64,000 bases of DNA from Candidatus Tayloriibacteriota bacterium (GTDB lineage: Bacteria; Patescibacteriota; Minisyncoccia; Phycocordibacterales; HO2-43-120), in assembly GCA_039934295.1 (NCBI GenBank), contig JBDTMN010000005.1, positions 921 to 64,920 on the forward strand, written 5' to 3'. A program made the translations under genes and the position numbers. Shown piece by piece: positions 1 to 9,784 of the stretch (positions within the stretch are counted from its first letter, which is position 1; each line of letters opens with the position of its first letter). Under the pieces are notes generated by a model that was given only the letters and a program-made list of their open reading frames with translations, was not told where the DNA came from and did no database searches.

Positions 1-205
1 CAGCAGCGACATCCGCAACCTTATCGTCACACGCTACAATCATAGCAGGATGAGCACCTGTCGCTTCTGATTTGAAGGCAGCGACTCTTGCCTTATCTCG
101 AGCTCCATTCAACGACACCAACACAATTGACGCCAAGATACCAATAATTGCAATAACGACCAAGAGTTCGATAAGGGTAAACCCTTTTTTCATAGATGAA
201 TACAT
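1..205 (-). CDS. Type IV pilin (prepilin N-methylation motif), 3' end runs off the window
   Basis: Manual translation [40 protein letters not shown] shows a class III signal G|FTLIE plus hydrophobic helix; absent from the ORF track because it is truncated. Confidence 0.92.
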   Translation of the reverse strand, partial: MYSSMKKGFTLIELLVVIAIIGILASIVLVSLNGARDKARVAAFKSEATGAHPAMIVACDDKVADVAA

Positions 206-575
206 AATTTTATGGTTAATTAATATTAAATGAAATTTATATTTTGGGAGTCAAGGAACGACCTTTTTTAAGATGGTCATACGACCATTGCTCCTTAGTA
301 AGAACTAAGGGTTACCTAAGGTCGCACCTTGACTCGAAGACGTTTATTTTTCTTCGACCACTCCCATAAGAGGGAGTCGTTATATACCAATGCGTGTATT
401 ATACATCAAAGAAATGCGCAATGGAAAGGGGATGTGGATAACCCGAGATTATGTAACATGTAACATATAACATGTAACATGAGAAAGAGGGGAAATTTCT
501 TTTTCAGACGCTTCGAAAGAGAAGATCAAGGCCCGACCTTTTTTGGGACTTAAGGTCGGGCCTAAAAGAGGAAGA

Positions 576-1778
576 CTACGCGGAGGAAATATTGTAAATA
601 GGGAGAAGGACGGAAGCGAGAAGAATTGCGACGCCCACTCCGAGTCCTACAATCATCACCGGCTCAATCAGGCCCACCATGGTGTCCACCGCAGTCGTAA
701 CTTCTCGACGGTAAAATTTGGCGAGATTTTCCAATATGCTCCCAAGCTCTCCGGACTCCTCTCCCACTTTCATCATTTGAATCAAGATACTCGGCATCTC
801 TTTGTATTTGCCCATTGAGACCGAAAGGGGGCTTCCACCTTTGACATCTTCATTCACCGCTAACAAAATCTTCTGGTAGTACTTGTTTCCCACCACGTCT
901 GCCGTAATCTCGAGCGCGTGGACGATTGGAATAGCGGACATGAGCATCGTGTTCAGGTTGTCGGCAATTCTTGAAAGGTAGAGCTTCTGATAAAGCGAGC
1001 CCAAATAGGGAACAGAAATTTTGAAACGGTCAAAAGCAAGCCCTCCTTCCTGAGTGCGAATGTATCGAATGAAGAAAAAGACGCCCACAATCAAAAAGAC
1101 GACAATAATAATGCCGTAATTGACGAAAAAATTGCTCAAGCCAATAACAATCTGGGTATAGATAGGAATCTGCTGACCCGACTCTACAATAATCGCGGTG
1201 ATTTTGGGAATGACGACCGTGAGCATCAAAATCATGACCGTCACAAAGGTAAAGATGACGAACCCCGGGTATATCAAAGCGCCTTTCACTTTTGAGGTTA
1301 CCTCGTAGGTGCGGTCGAGATAGTCGGCAAGGTAGCTGAATATCTGATTCAACTTGCCCGATTCCTCTCCGGAACGAATCATGCTGATGTAGAATGTGGA
1401 GAAGATTTTCGGGTGCTTTGCCATGGCGGCGGAGATAGAGCTCCCGCCCTGTATATCATCGGCAACCTTGCTCAATGTTTCCGACAAAAGATGGCTGTGC
1501 GCGTCCCCCGCGAGCAGTCTGAAGATGCGGAGCGCGGAGATTTGCGCTTCAAAAAGGGTCGCGAGCTGTCTTGAAAGGATGACGATGTCTTTGTTTGAAA
1601 CACGGTCAAGAAAAGCGATGTTTGTGCCCAAAGAAAATCCCTTTTCTTCCGGCTTGATGGAAGACACGGCAAGTCCCCGCCTCTGAAGCGAGCTTATTGC
1701 CACATCAATGTTGATGGCCTCGATCGCCCCGTCTCGCGGAACGCCTGTTGTATCGACTGATTTGTAGTTAAAAAGCAT
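576..1778 (-). CDS. pilC: Type IV pilus inner membrane platform protein PilC (GspF family)
   Basis: Two GspF repeats (GEESGKL / GEESGEL), TM helices; likely start MLFNYK at 1778. Confidence 0.93.
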   Translation of the reverse strand: MLFNYKSVDTTGVPRDGAIEAINIDVAISSLQRRGLAVSSIKPEEKGFSLGTNIAFLDRVSNKDIVILSRQLATLFEAQISALRIFRLLAGDAHSHLLSETLSKVADDIQGGSSISAAMAKHPKIFSTFYISMIRSGEESGKLNQIFSYLADYLDRTYEVTSKVKGALIYPGFVIFTFVTVMILMLTVVIPKITAIIVESGQQIPIYTQIVIGLSNFFVNYGIIIVVFLIVGVFFFIRYIRTQEGGLAFDRFKISVPYLGSLYQKLYLSRIADNLNTMLMSAIPIVHALEITADVVGNKYYQKILLAVNEDVKGGSPLSVSMGKYKEMPSILIQMMKVGEESGELGSILENLAKFYRREVTTAVDTMVGLIEPVMIVGLGVGVAILLASVLLPIYNISSA

Positions 1779-1789
1779 AATTTCTATAT

Positions 1790-1875
1790 CACTGAACTGA
1801 CTCGGACTAAGAACTCGGAACGACACGGAAAGGTTCCGATTCTGTTCCGTGCTCGAAGTCCGTGTTACTTCCGTG
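1790..1875. repeat. ~86 bp intergenic repeat, copy 1 of 4 (others 2949-3034, 3439-3522, 7108-7193)
   Basis: CACTGAACTGACTCGGACTAAGAACTCGGAACGAC...GTTACTTCCG near-identical in four pil intergenic spaces; imperfect inverted arms. Confidence 0.95.
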
Positions 1876-1876
1876 G

Positions 1877-2941
1877 TTATATCATTCTTTCAAGTGTCTT
1901 CGTGTTTAACGAATGCTGATAGGCGCTCTCGATGGTAATCTCGCCCGCTCGGACCAGATCCGCCAAGCTCCGGTTCATGTCTATCATTCCCAGCTCCAAG
2001 CCGGTTTCGATAACGGTATTCAGCTCGTGAGTCCTGTTTTCGCGAATGAGGTTCGAGACGGCGTTGTTCGCTATCAAAAGCTCGTAGGCAGGAATGAGGC
2101 CTCCAGAGATTCGCGGAATAAGTCTTTGGGAAAAAATGCCGGTCAAGCTCGATGCAAGCTGAATTCTAATCTGGCCCTGCTGTTCGGCAGGAAAAGAATC
2201 TATGATTCGGTTTATTGTTTGGGCGGCATTGTTGGTGTGAAGGGTAGAGAATACCAAATGCCCGGTTTCAGCGGCCGTAACGGCTGTAGCAATCGTTTCA
2301 ATCCCCCGCATCTCACCTATCAAAATCACATCCATGTCCTCCCTGAAGACGGAGAGAAGCGCGCTCTCAAAGTCTTTGGTGTCAAGCCTAACTTCCCTCT
2401 GGTCGATAATTGCTTTTTTCTGCTCGTAGATGTACTCGATGGGGTCTTCAATCGTGATGATGTGCTCCGCGCTCTCCTGATTGATCATCTCAATCATAGC
2501 GGCGAGAGTAGTGGACTTGCCGTGCCCCACCGGACCCACCACGAGAAAGAATCCCTGCTGTTTTCGGGTAAAATCTTCGAGTATCGGAGGAAGATTGAGC
2601 TCGGCTATGGTTTTTATTTTCCTTGGCACCAGCCGAAGAGCAAAGGCGATAGAACCTTGTTGGAAATACCCGTTTCCCCTAAAACGCCCGATATCTTTAT
2701 AGGAAAAAGAAAAATCAATCTCCTTGGTTTTCAAGAAAAGGTCTCGGTTTTCCGGAGTGAGAAGCTCGCGGACAAATCCGTCGGTATCCGCTTTGGTCAA
2801 GACCGATTTTTTGACGAGGGGAATCAGGAAGCTTGCCACGCGAATAGTCGGATGCCTGCCTTCGGAGAGGTGGATATCCGACGCCCCTTCCTTAATAACT
2901 ATGGATAATAAATCGTCTAATTCTGCTTTGAAGTCTGTCAT
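1877..2941 (-). CDS. pilT: Type IV pilus retraction ATPase PilT
   Basis: ASDIHL, Walker A GPVGHGKST, TIEDPIE, AETGHLVFSTLHT, AVSNLIRE motifs. Confidence 0.93.
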   Translation of the reverse strand: MTDFKAELDDLLSIVIKEGASDIHLSEGRHPTIRVASFLIPLVKKSVLTKADTDGFVRELLTPENRDLFLKTKEIDFSFSYKDIGRFRGNGYFQQGSIAFALRLVPRKIKTIAELNLPPILEDFTRKQQGFFLVVGPVGHGKSTTLAAMIEMINQESAEHIITIEDPIEYIYEQKKAIIDQREVRLDTKDFESALLSVFREDMDVILIGEMRGIETIATAVTAAETGHLVFSTLHTNNAAQTINRIIDSFPAEQQGQIRIQLASSLTGIFSQRLIPRISGGLIPAYELLIANNAVSNLIRENRTHELNTVIETGLELGMIDMNRSLADLVRAGEITIESAYQHSLNTKTLERMI

Positions 2942-2948
2942 AATATTT

Positions 2949-3034
2949 CACTGAACTGACTCGGACTAAGAACTCGGAACGACACGGAAAGGTTCCGATT
3001 CTGTTCCGTGTTCGAAGTCCGTGTTACTTCCGTG
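2949..3034. repeat. Intergenic repeat copy 2
   Basis: Near-identical to 1790-1875. Confidence 0.95.
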
Positions 3035-3035
3035 G

Positions 3036-3428
3036 TTACTTTTTCTTTTCCTGAATAATTTTTTCGACTTCTGTTACCACTTCTGAAGGAATGGTGGTCG
3101 CTTTGACAATGTAGCCGTCGATGCCATATTTCTTCGCATTTTCGATGTCCTCCGATTGGCTCTGGTTGGAAAGAACGATAATGGCGGCGAGAGGTGCAAG
3201 ATGCAGTCTCCTCATCTCCTGCAGAAATTGAATGCCGTCAAGGTCAGGCATTACAATATCCACCGTAATCGCATCCGGCAAAAGTCCTTCTCGAAGTTTT
3301 CTTAAAGCATCATTGCCACCTGCCGATACAATCACGTTGAATCCTGCCTTCTTGAATTTTATGTCGTACATGCTTAAAAGAAATGCATCGTCGTCGATTA
3401 CTAAAATTGTTTTTTGTTTTGAGTCCAT
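3036..3428 (-). CDS. Single-domain response regulator (CheY-like receiver)
   Basis: ILVIDDD, DIVMPDLDG, LSN, YIVK receiver motifs. Confidence 0.9.
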   Translation of the reverse strand: MDSKQKTILVIDDDAFLLSMYDIKFKKAGFNVIVSAGGNDALRKLREGLLPDAITVDIVMPDLDGIQFLQEMRRLHLAPLAAIIVLSNQSQSEDIENAKKYGIDGYIVKATTIPSEVVTEVEKIIQEKKK

Positions 3429-3438
3429 ATATATATTT

Positions 3439-3522
3439 CACTGAACTGACTCGGACTAAGAACTCGGAACGACACGGAAAGGTTCCGATTCTTCTGTGTT
3501 CAGAGTCCGTGTTACTTCCGCG
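3439..3522. repeat. Intergenic repeat copy 3
   Basis: Near-identical to 1790-1875. Confidence 0.95.
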
Positions 3523-3523
3523 T

Positions 3524-5239
3524 TTATAACCTGTTCACTTCTTCAAACGGTATTTCTCTCTTGAATGCTTTAATAATAGCATCTTCTTTCATTGTAAGCA
3601 TCCCCTGCTCACGGCCGATTCTCTTGACTTCGCTTGCAGAAGGATTTTTCAGAATGACCGCCTCGAGCTCTTTACTCATTTGGAGGACTTCAACGACCGC
3701 CACTCGCCCGCTCGTGCCCTTCGGGTGTTCCGGTGTGGCGACTGCTTCGAATACATTGGCACCCATGGGAATTTCTTTCTTGAATATCTCCGGCAAGTCC
3801 TCAAATTCTTTCTCTATGAGAAGCTTGATACTCCCTTCGACAGGAATTTCTTTCCCAGCGCCTTCCGGCAACACTCGCGCCAATCTCTGGGCAATTGCGA
3901 GAATTAATGTCGGCGCAATCAAGAACGGGTCAACTCCAAAATCGAGCAGTCTGGGGATAACTCCTACGGCATTGTTGGTGTGAATGGTGGAGAGCACCAA
4001 GTGCCCAGTCAAGGCCGCCTGAACCGCAAGACCGGCCGTTTCTTTATCGCGAATCTCTCCCACCATGATGACATCTGGGTCCTGCCTCAAAGTCGTGCGA
4101 AGACCGGTGGCAAACGTGTAGCCGATTTCCGGAAGAACCTGCGACTGACTCATGCCCGGGATATTGTATTCCACAGGGTCCTCGAGGGAGAGCACGTTTT
4201 TGGTCTCTTTGTCCACCTCATTTAACATTGAGTAGAGTGTTGTAGACTTGCCCGAGCCCGTGGGGCCAGAAATTAAAATAAGGCCGTAGGGGCGCTTGAT
4301 GGCGTCAATGATGAGATTCAAATTGCGCGGAGTGAGCCCGAGCGCGTCCAGACGCTTCACTCCCTTTTCCGAATCGAGAATTCTCATCACCACCTTTTCT
4401 CCGTAATAAGAAGGGAAGGTCGAGACGCGAAAATCAATTTTCCTGTCCTCGATTTTCGCGCTGAAGCGACCGTCCTGCGGCTTCCTTTTTTCATCAAGCT
4501 TCATATTGGAAAGAATTTTGATTCTCGCCACCACCGCGGAATGGACTTTGACAGGTAGAACAATTGAGGTGTTGAGAATCCCGTCCACTCGGAAACGCAC
4601 ACGAATGTTTTCCGCCATATGCTCGATGTGAATGTCCGAAGCGTTGCCGGCAGTCGCGTAGTGGAGAATGGTGGCGACGATTTTGGTGACCGGAGCATCT
4701 TCGATAATGGTCGTCTTTCCTTTGGTCACTATAATATCTTCCTTCGGACTTTCCGGTTTTCCCTCCGTTGCAAGTTCTGTGTCAAGCTCAGTCAAAGCTT
4801 CCGTTACCTCTCCCGAGAGACCCTTGTACATTTCAATCACCCGGTCAAAATCTTGAGCCGAGACTAAAAAAAGTTTGAAAGGCAAGCTGACTTTTGAAGA
4901 GATGAAGGAAATGGCGTCCCGCGCTTCTATACTGTCTGGGTCAACGAGACCCACCTCCAAGACACCATCCGAAAGTCCTATCGGAACAAAACGATAGTAA
5001 GCGGCCGACTCCTCCGGCACGTATTTTAAAATCTCAAAAGGAATAACCAGATTTTTGAGGCTTCTTGACGGAATTCCCAAAGCTTCGCCCTTGTTCGTCA
5101 AAATGACCTCAGGGCTGACTCCCTTCGCAATCAAAATCTCCTCAATCGGTTTTCCTTTTTTTTCGGCCTGCTCCTTGATGGAAGAAATATCCTTCCGTTC
5201 AATGATTTTTTTTTCAGCCAAAACTTCTAATATACCCAT
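3524..5239 (-). CDS. pilB: Type IV pilus extension ATPase PilB (GspE family)
   Basis: ASDIHIE, PQDGRF, GPTGSGKSTT, LRQDPDVIMVGEIRD motifs. Confidence 0.93.
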   Translation of the reverse strand: MGILEVLAEKKIIERKDISSIKEQAEKKGKPIEEILIAKGVSPEVILTNKGEALGIPSRSLKNLVIPFEILKYVPEESAAYYRFVPIGLSDGVLEVGLVDPDSIEARDAISFISSKVSLPFKLFLVSAQDFDRVIEMYKGLSGEVTEALTELDTELATEGKPESPKEDIIVTKGKTTIIEDAPVTKIVATILHYATAGNASDIHIEHMAENIRVRFRVDGILNTSIVLPVKVHSAVVARIKILSNMKLDEKRKPQDGRFSAKIEDRKIDFRVSTFPSYYGEKVVMRILDSEKGVKRLDALGLTPRNLNLIIDAIKRPYGLILISGPTGSGKSTTLYSMLNEVDKETKNVLSLEDPVEYNIPGMSQSQVLPEIGYTFATGLRTTLRQDPDVIMVGEIRDKETAGLAVQAALTGHLVLSTIHTNNAVGVIPRLLDFGVDPFLIAPTLILAIAQRLARVLPEGAGKEIPVEGSIKLLIEKEFEDLPEIFKKEIPMGANVFEAVATPEHPKGTSGRVAVVEVLQMSKELEAVILKNPSASEVKRIGREQGMLTMKEDAIIKAFKREIPFEEVNRL

Positions 5240-5346
5240 AGTGTATGACCTATAACTAATAACTGAATAACCGATAACAGAGTAAAATCATCGCGTTCTT
5301 TTCTGGTCATTCAGTTATTCAGTTATTCAGTTATGAGTTATCTGAC

Positions 5347-5688
5347 TCACCTCGTTTGTGTCGACGTCGATATCGGTTGGGAAAGGTTTCCAACTCCTAT
5401 TGGCGCGAAAGGATTACTTCTGCCTTGAGGCTCTGCGGTCACTTTTCGAGAAAAATCCTGGAGAGATAGAAAGGTCTTGGTTCGAAAAATTGTGTCGCTC
5501 ATCGTAATCGAGTTTACGGTCTGGAGCTCCGCAATAATATCCTTGCCCACAAGCGTCTGGGGCTGTCCCGATTGCTCTAAAGCATCCGAAGTGGAAGGAG
5601 TTCCCTTGTTCAAATACTTATAGCCGATAAAAACCAGAAGCAGGGCTATGAGGACTCCTATAATGATGGTTATTTTTTTAGTTGACAT
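5347..5688 (-). CDS. Small membrane-anchored pilus-cluster protein (PilP position)
   Basis: N-terminal TM helix, C-terminal GRSNPFAP, located after pilO. Confidence 0.7.
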   Translation of the reverse strand: MSTKKITIIIGVLIALLLVFIGYKYLNKGTPSTSDALEQSGQPQTLVGKDIIAELQTVNSITMSDTIFRTKTFLSLQDFSRKVTAEPQGRSNPFAPIGVGNLSQPISTSTQTR

Positions 5689-5844
5689 CCGGTTAGAAGT
5701 TTATGCCTTAATAATTTTCTCTCATTTCTTGCTTTATTTCAATATCCTGGATCCCTCCCCACTTTTGGAACAAACGATGTTCAAAAAATCAAAAGTGGGG
5801 AGGGATGACAAAATAAGAATTTTGTCACTTTTCACTTTCAACTT

Positions 5845-6417
5845 TTACTTAAGCCAGTACGTGCTCGCATTTACGGTAAAATCATACAGGGTGGAATCTT
5901 TCTCGACTGGCTTCAAGATGATGCTCGTCACATCAAGAATACGCAGACTTCTCTCTAAATCCGTAAGAAAATTGGAAAACTTATCGTATGAAGTCGTGAG
6001 AGTGAAAGACAGGCTCGCCTTGTCAAAATCGGTTTGCGCCTGACCCGTCGTACCCGTGGTGTCTGCAACCCCAGCAACTTTAGCGTCCTGCGGATTGGCC
6101 AATTTAACCGTTTTCACAAGAATACCGTGATTGTCAGCTATGCCGTTTAAATCCGATACCATTCGGACTGTGTCTACGTTGTCCGGCATGAGTTTCCCGA
6201 GTTTTTCCAGATTATCTTTCCCTATCGCCTCCTTCTTTTTCACCAGCCCATCACGGAGCGTTGTCAACTGTTTTGCTTTTTCGAGCGCATCCTGGTACAC
6301 GAGCACTTCTTTTTTCAAATCCAGATTTTTGGCGTACTGCCCGCGAATAAATCCGAAAAACAATCCAGCGGAGGCTAGTAAAAGGATAATTGGAGTTATG
6401 AGGCGGTTTGAGTACAT
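5845..6417 (-). CDS. pilO: PilO-like alignment protein
   Basis: TM + coiled coil + YDKFSNFLTDLERSLRILDV; order M-N-O. Confidence 0.82.
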   Translation of the reverse strand: MYSNRLITPIILLLASAGLFFGFIRGQYAKNLDLKKEVLVYQDALEKAKQLTTLRDGLVKKKEAIGKDNLEKLGKLMPDNVDTVRMVSDLNGIADNHGILVKTVKLANPQDAKVAGVADTTGTTGQAQTDFDKASLSFTLTTSYDKFSNFLTDLERSLRILDVTSIILKPVEKDSTLYDFTVNASTYWLK

Positions 6418-6421
6418 ATTA

Positions 6422-7099
6422 TTATCGTAAATTTGTTGTTGTCGCGGAAGAGGTCGTTGCTGTCCGCGTGGTGGAAGCTGTCGGGGAGACGATTGGGGAG
6501 ACTACCGGTGTTACTCCGGCCGAGCTAATCTTATACAGAAGCAAAGAAGGGTCAACGCTCATCTTAACTTTAAAGGAGACATTCCGGTTCTCGTCGAGGG
6601 CTAAGTCATAAAAAGAAGGGTTCTTGAACGCCTTTTGTTTTCTGAATATGTCTGACTGGAGAGTGACCGCATTAAAGCCTCTCCCTATGCCTTCCATGGA
6701 CACGTCGAAAGAACCCAATTTTTCATCGCCAAATTGAAATGTCTTGAACTGAACTGTCTGAAGGGTGAGACTTTGAAGGGCCTGAAAAAGCGAGGAAATT
6801 CCCGTATGACTTCCCAGAATTTTTTCAGCGATTTGAATTCTTTTGTCATCGCGCGCCAAATCGGCGATCAAAGCAGATTGAATGTTCTTTTGCTCCACGG
6901 CAAGCTTCTCGTCCATAACTTTAATATTATTTTTGAGATAGTAGTTGTACCCAAAGATTCCGATTGACCCAAGAAAGACTATGACGAAGAGAATTATCGA
7001 GATAAGCGAAAATAAGCCGACACTACTGCCACGGCTTCCTCCCCCGCTGTCCACAACAGGTTTTTTCGGGATAAATGATGCTTGTCCTCTTGGTTCCAT
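6422..7099 (-). CDS. pilN: PilN-like alignment protein
   Basis: SFIPKK N-terminus, TM, coiled coil; directly downstream of pilM. Confidence 0.72.
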   Translation of the reverse strand: MEPRGQASFIPKKPVVDSGGGSRGSSVGLFSLISIILFVIVFLGSIGIFGYNYYLKNNIKVMDEKLAVEQKNIQSALIADLARDDKRIQIAEKILGSHTGISSLFQALQSLTLQTVQFKTFQFGDEKLGSFDVSMEGIGRGFNAVTLQSDIFRKQKAFKNPSFYDLALDENRNVSFKVKMSVDPSLLLYKISSAGVTPVVSPIVSPTASTTRTATTSSATTTNLR

Positions 7100-7107
7100 A
7101 TATATTT

Positions 7108-7193
7108 CACTGAACTGACTCGGACTAAGAACTCGGAACGACGCTGAAGGGTTCCGATTCAGTTCCGTGTTCAGAGTCCTTGTTACTTCCGTG
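7108..7193. repeat. Intergenic repeat copy 4
   Basis: Near-identical to 1790-1875. Confidence 0.93.
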
Positions 7194-8327
7194 TTAATCT
7201 ACTTCCTGCAACTTTCGAAGCGCCAATCCAACCGCAACGGCAAACTCGGGACCAGCGGATTTCAAAATGTTCGCGAGAAACGCAGGTGCTTCCACTTTTG
7301 AAAAAGGGTCCGCCGAAATTACCTGTACTTGAAAAGCCTGCTCGGCCATTTTGAGAAATCCCTGCAACCCCGACCCTCCTCCCGTAAGAACGACCTTGCC
7401 AACATTTTTATTATACTTTTTCTGATAGCTTAATAATAATCTATTCGACTCGGAAAATATATAGTCAAGTGTTGATAACATTATGCCCTGCATATCCTTG
7501 TTTCCGCCACCAAGGTCGAGCCCCTTTGTTCGTTTCAGATTTTCGGCCTCTTCCACGCTTACCGACATCGCCCTGGCAATGCCCAATGTGAGGTCTTGGG
7601 AACCCCGGTCAATAATATGTGATGTCTTCAAAATGCCACGCTCGACAACATAGAGCTTGGTCGAACTTGCTCCCATGTCAAAAATCATAACCGGACTAAC
7701 CTCGGCATCGAGCACGGCTCGGATGGTGCTGAAAATCTCAATTTCAAAAAAGCTCGAATCAAGTTGCGAAAGACGAACGATTTCTCGCATGTCATTCAAA
7801 GCATCGTTGTGGATAACTACAAGAAGGACCTGGGTTTTCTCAAGTTTTTTTTGAAGCACCGGAGCGTTGTTTCCCTTGTCTCCCTGAATCTCTTCTTCCT
7901 CATTCCAGATTTTGTCCTCTCTCGGCAATATCCACCAATCGAGCGTAACTTCGGAGATAGAAACGGGAATATATTTTCTGGCCTCCAAGGGAATCATATC
8001 CGCTATCTGCTTTTGATCCGTAGTCGGCACCTCAATCAAACTAATTAAGCTCGAAGACATCGAAATAGAAATGCCGCACTTTTTTGTCGTCGCATTCGCC
8101 TCCTTTAATATATCGTTCAGAGCTTCAGCAACTTTCCCAGGCGGAAGGTGAGTCGCCCGTCCCACTTCGAGCCCGGCATAGGGACCAAGGGCAAGAGCGC
8201 CGTATGTTTCCAAAACGGCTTTTCCTTTCTCTTTTCGAAGCTGGACGAGCTTGATTGAGGAAGGTCCGATGTCCACCCCGAGGACGCTTCGGTCATTTTT
8301 TTTAAATAATTTCGATAAAAATGACAT
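7194..8327 (-). CDS. pilM: Type IV pilus assembly protein PilM (actin-like)
   Basis: GVDIGPSSIK, DMGASST, LTGGGS, AVAVGLALR. Confidence 0.93.
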   Translation of the reverse strand: MSFLSKLFKKNDRSVLGVDIGPSSIKLVQLRKEKGKAVLETYGALALGPYAGLEVGRATHLPPGKVAEALNDILKEANATTKKCGISISMSSSLISLIEVPTTDQKQIADMIPLEARKYIPVSISEVTLDWWILPREDKIWNEEEEIQGDKGNNAPVLQKKLEKTQVLLVVIHNDALNDMREIVRLSQLDSSFFEIEIFSTIRAVLDAEVSPVMIFDMGASSTKLYVVERGILKTSHIIDRGSQDLTLGIARAMSVSVEEAENLKRTKGLDLGGGNKDMQGIMLSTLDYIFSESNRLLLSYQKKYNKNVGKVVLTGGGSGLQGFLKMAEQAFQVQVISADPFSKVEAPAFLANILKSAGPEFAVAVGLALRKLQEVD

Positions 8328-8475
8328 GAGTATTGGTAGGTGCTAGGTTTAAGCTGTTAGGTGTAAGTATGAACAAAAAAGAAAGTGAGAATCTTTATCA
8401 AATTTTCTTAAGCTAACACCTTACACCTCGCACCTCAAACCTGCTGACTATACATGATATGATTATAGCACTATT

Positions 8476-9144
8476 TTGGACTATATGAAAAAAATAAGCG
8501 AGTTTTTGCTTGACTTTCTTTTTCCTGCTTCAAAAAAAGCGGCAAGAATCGAGAAAATGACCGCCAGCGATTTTCGAAAGGAAATCGGGGTGGGAGACGC
8601 TATGGGAGCGCGCGGAGATAAGGATATTCACCCGCTTTTTGAATATCGACATCCCCTTGTTCGCGAGGCAATCTGGCAAATAAAATATAAAGGAAACAGA
8701 AAAATAACGAAACTCCTTTCGGAAATTCTCTACGAGGAAATCGTTGCCGAAATCGAAGATCGCGCCCTCTTTGAAAACTTTAAAAACCCGCTTTTAATTC
8801 CGGTGCCAACAAGCAAAAAGCGACTCCAAAAAAGGGGATTCAATCAGATGGAACTTTTGGGCGGGGAGCTCAAGAGTCTCGACGAAAATAGAACATTTGA
8901 ATTTAGTCCTGGCATTTTGATTAAAATAAAAGACACTCTGCCACAGACGCTTCTTAAAGATCGTCGTCTCCGCCTCGGAAATCTCGTCGGCTGTTTCGCC
9001 GTAACAGACGCGCAAAAAATTAAAAATAGAAACATCATTTTGATTGACGATGTGTTGACGACCGGCGCAACTCTCGCCGAAGCAAAACGCGCGCTTATAA
9101 ATGCAGGGGCGAGGAGAGTGATTGCGTTTACACTGGCACATTAG
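8476..9144 (+). CDS. comF: ComF family phosphoribosyltransferase-like competence protein
   Basis: LLDFLFP, IKYKG, RGFNQ, ILIDDVLTTGATL; start may be ATG 8485. Confidence 0.9.
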   Translation: MDYMKKISEFLLDFLFPASKKAARIEKMTASDFRKEIGVGDAMGARGDKDIHPLFEYRHPLVREAIWQIKYKGNRKITKLLSEILYEEIVAEIEDRALFENFKNPLLIPVPTSKKRLQKRGFNQMELLGGELKSLDENRTFEFSPGILIKIKDTLPQTLLKDRRLRLGNLVGCFAVTDAQKIKNRNIILIDDVLTTGATLAEAKRALINAGARRVIAFTLAH

Positions 9145-9239
9145 GGAAAGGTGTTAGGTGTTAGCTATTAGCTGTTAGCTTTTCGAAAGAGAAGAAAAAA
9201 TGGAGAGAAAAAGAAAAATGTGATACATTACGTTCAAAT

Positions 9240-9326
9240 GGAAGGGTGTCAGAGAGGCCTATTGAGCAGCTTTGCTAAAGCTGTAAGGGGTAATTCCCTT
9301 CGAGGGTTCGAATCCCTCCCCTTCCG
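9240..9326 (+). tRNA. tRNA-Ser(GCT)
   Basis: GGAAGGG/CCCTTCC acceptor stem, CAGCT-TTGCTAA-AGCTG anticodon arm, long variable arm, GGTTCGAATCC T arm. Confidence 0.93.
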
Positions 9327-9693
9327 CAGCGAAAAATTGTTGCAATTTTGAGCAAGGAAGGGAGAGATGTGCCTACGCACATCTCGTGAGGGATTCGAAG
9401 ACCTTCTCCCTTATCCCCCACCACTTTGTTGCAATGTGGTGGGGGATGGGAAAGGTGTACTGGTCGAGTAGCGACCGTTAATCCCTCCCCTTCCGCCAAT
9501 GATTCGCAAGGACAGCCCTGATGCTGTCCGAGCGAATCATCATTGCGTGATTGGGGAGGGATTCGAAGCCCGATTGAGCATTTTTTCGAGCTTCTTAACG
9601 TAGAAAAAATCCAATCGGGGTACTGAAACTGTAAGTTTCGAATCCCTCCACTTTCTTAACCCCGCAGCGTTGCCGAGAATCGTCCCCTTCCGC
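9327..9693 (+). repeat. Two tandem structured elements regenerating the tRNA-Ser 3' end
   Basis: Direct copies at 9480-9496, 9637-9649, 9684-9693; inverted T-arm copies GAGGGATTCGAA at 9388-9399 and 9556-9567. Confidence 0.85.
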
Positions 9694-9784
9694 AATTTTA
9701 AAAAATTCTAATCTGACATTTTCAACAATTGCAAAATGGAGGAGAGTGGTCAAAATTTCAATTGATAAACTTTTGAAATAAACT

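Noticed and set aside
1913-2908. 331 aa plus-strand ORF and similar antisense ORFs over pilB, ftsH, secD and recG
   Set aside because: Shadow frames of conserved genes with no independent motifs
1790-7193. Pil intergenic repeats as a CRISPR array or attC cassettes
   Set aside because: They separate core operon genes, not short spacers; no cas or integron integrase; no clear attC cores
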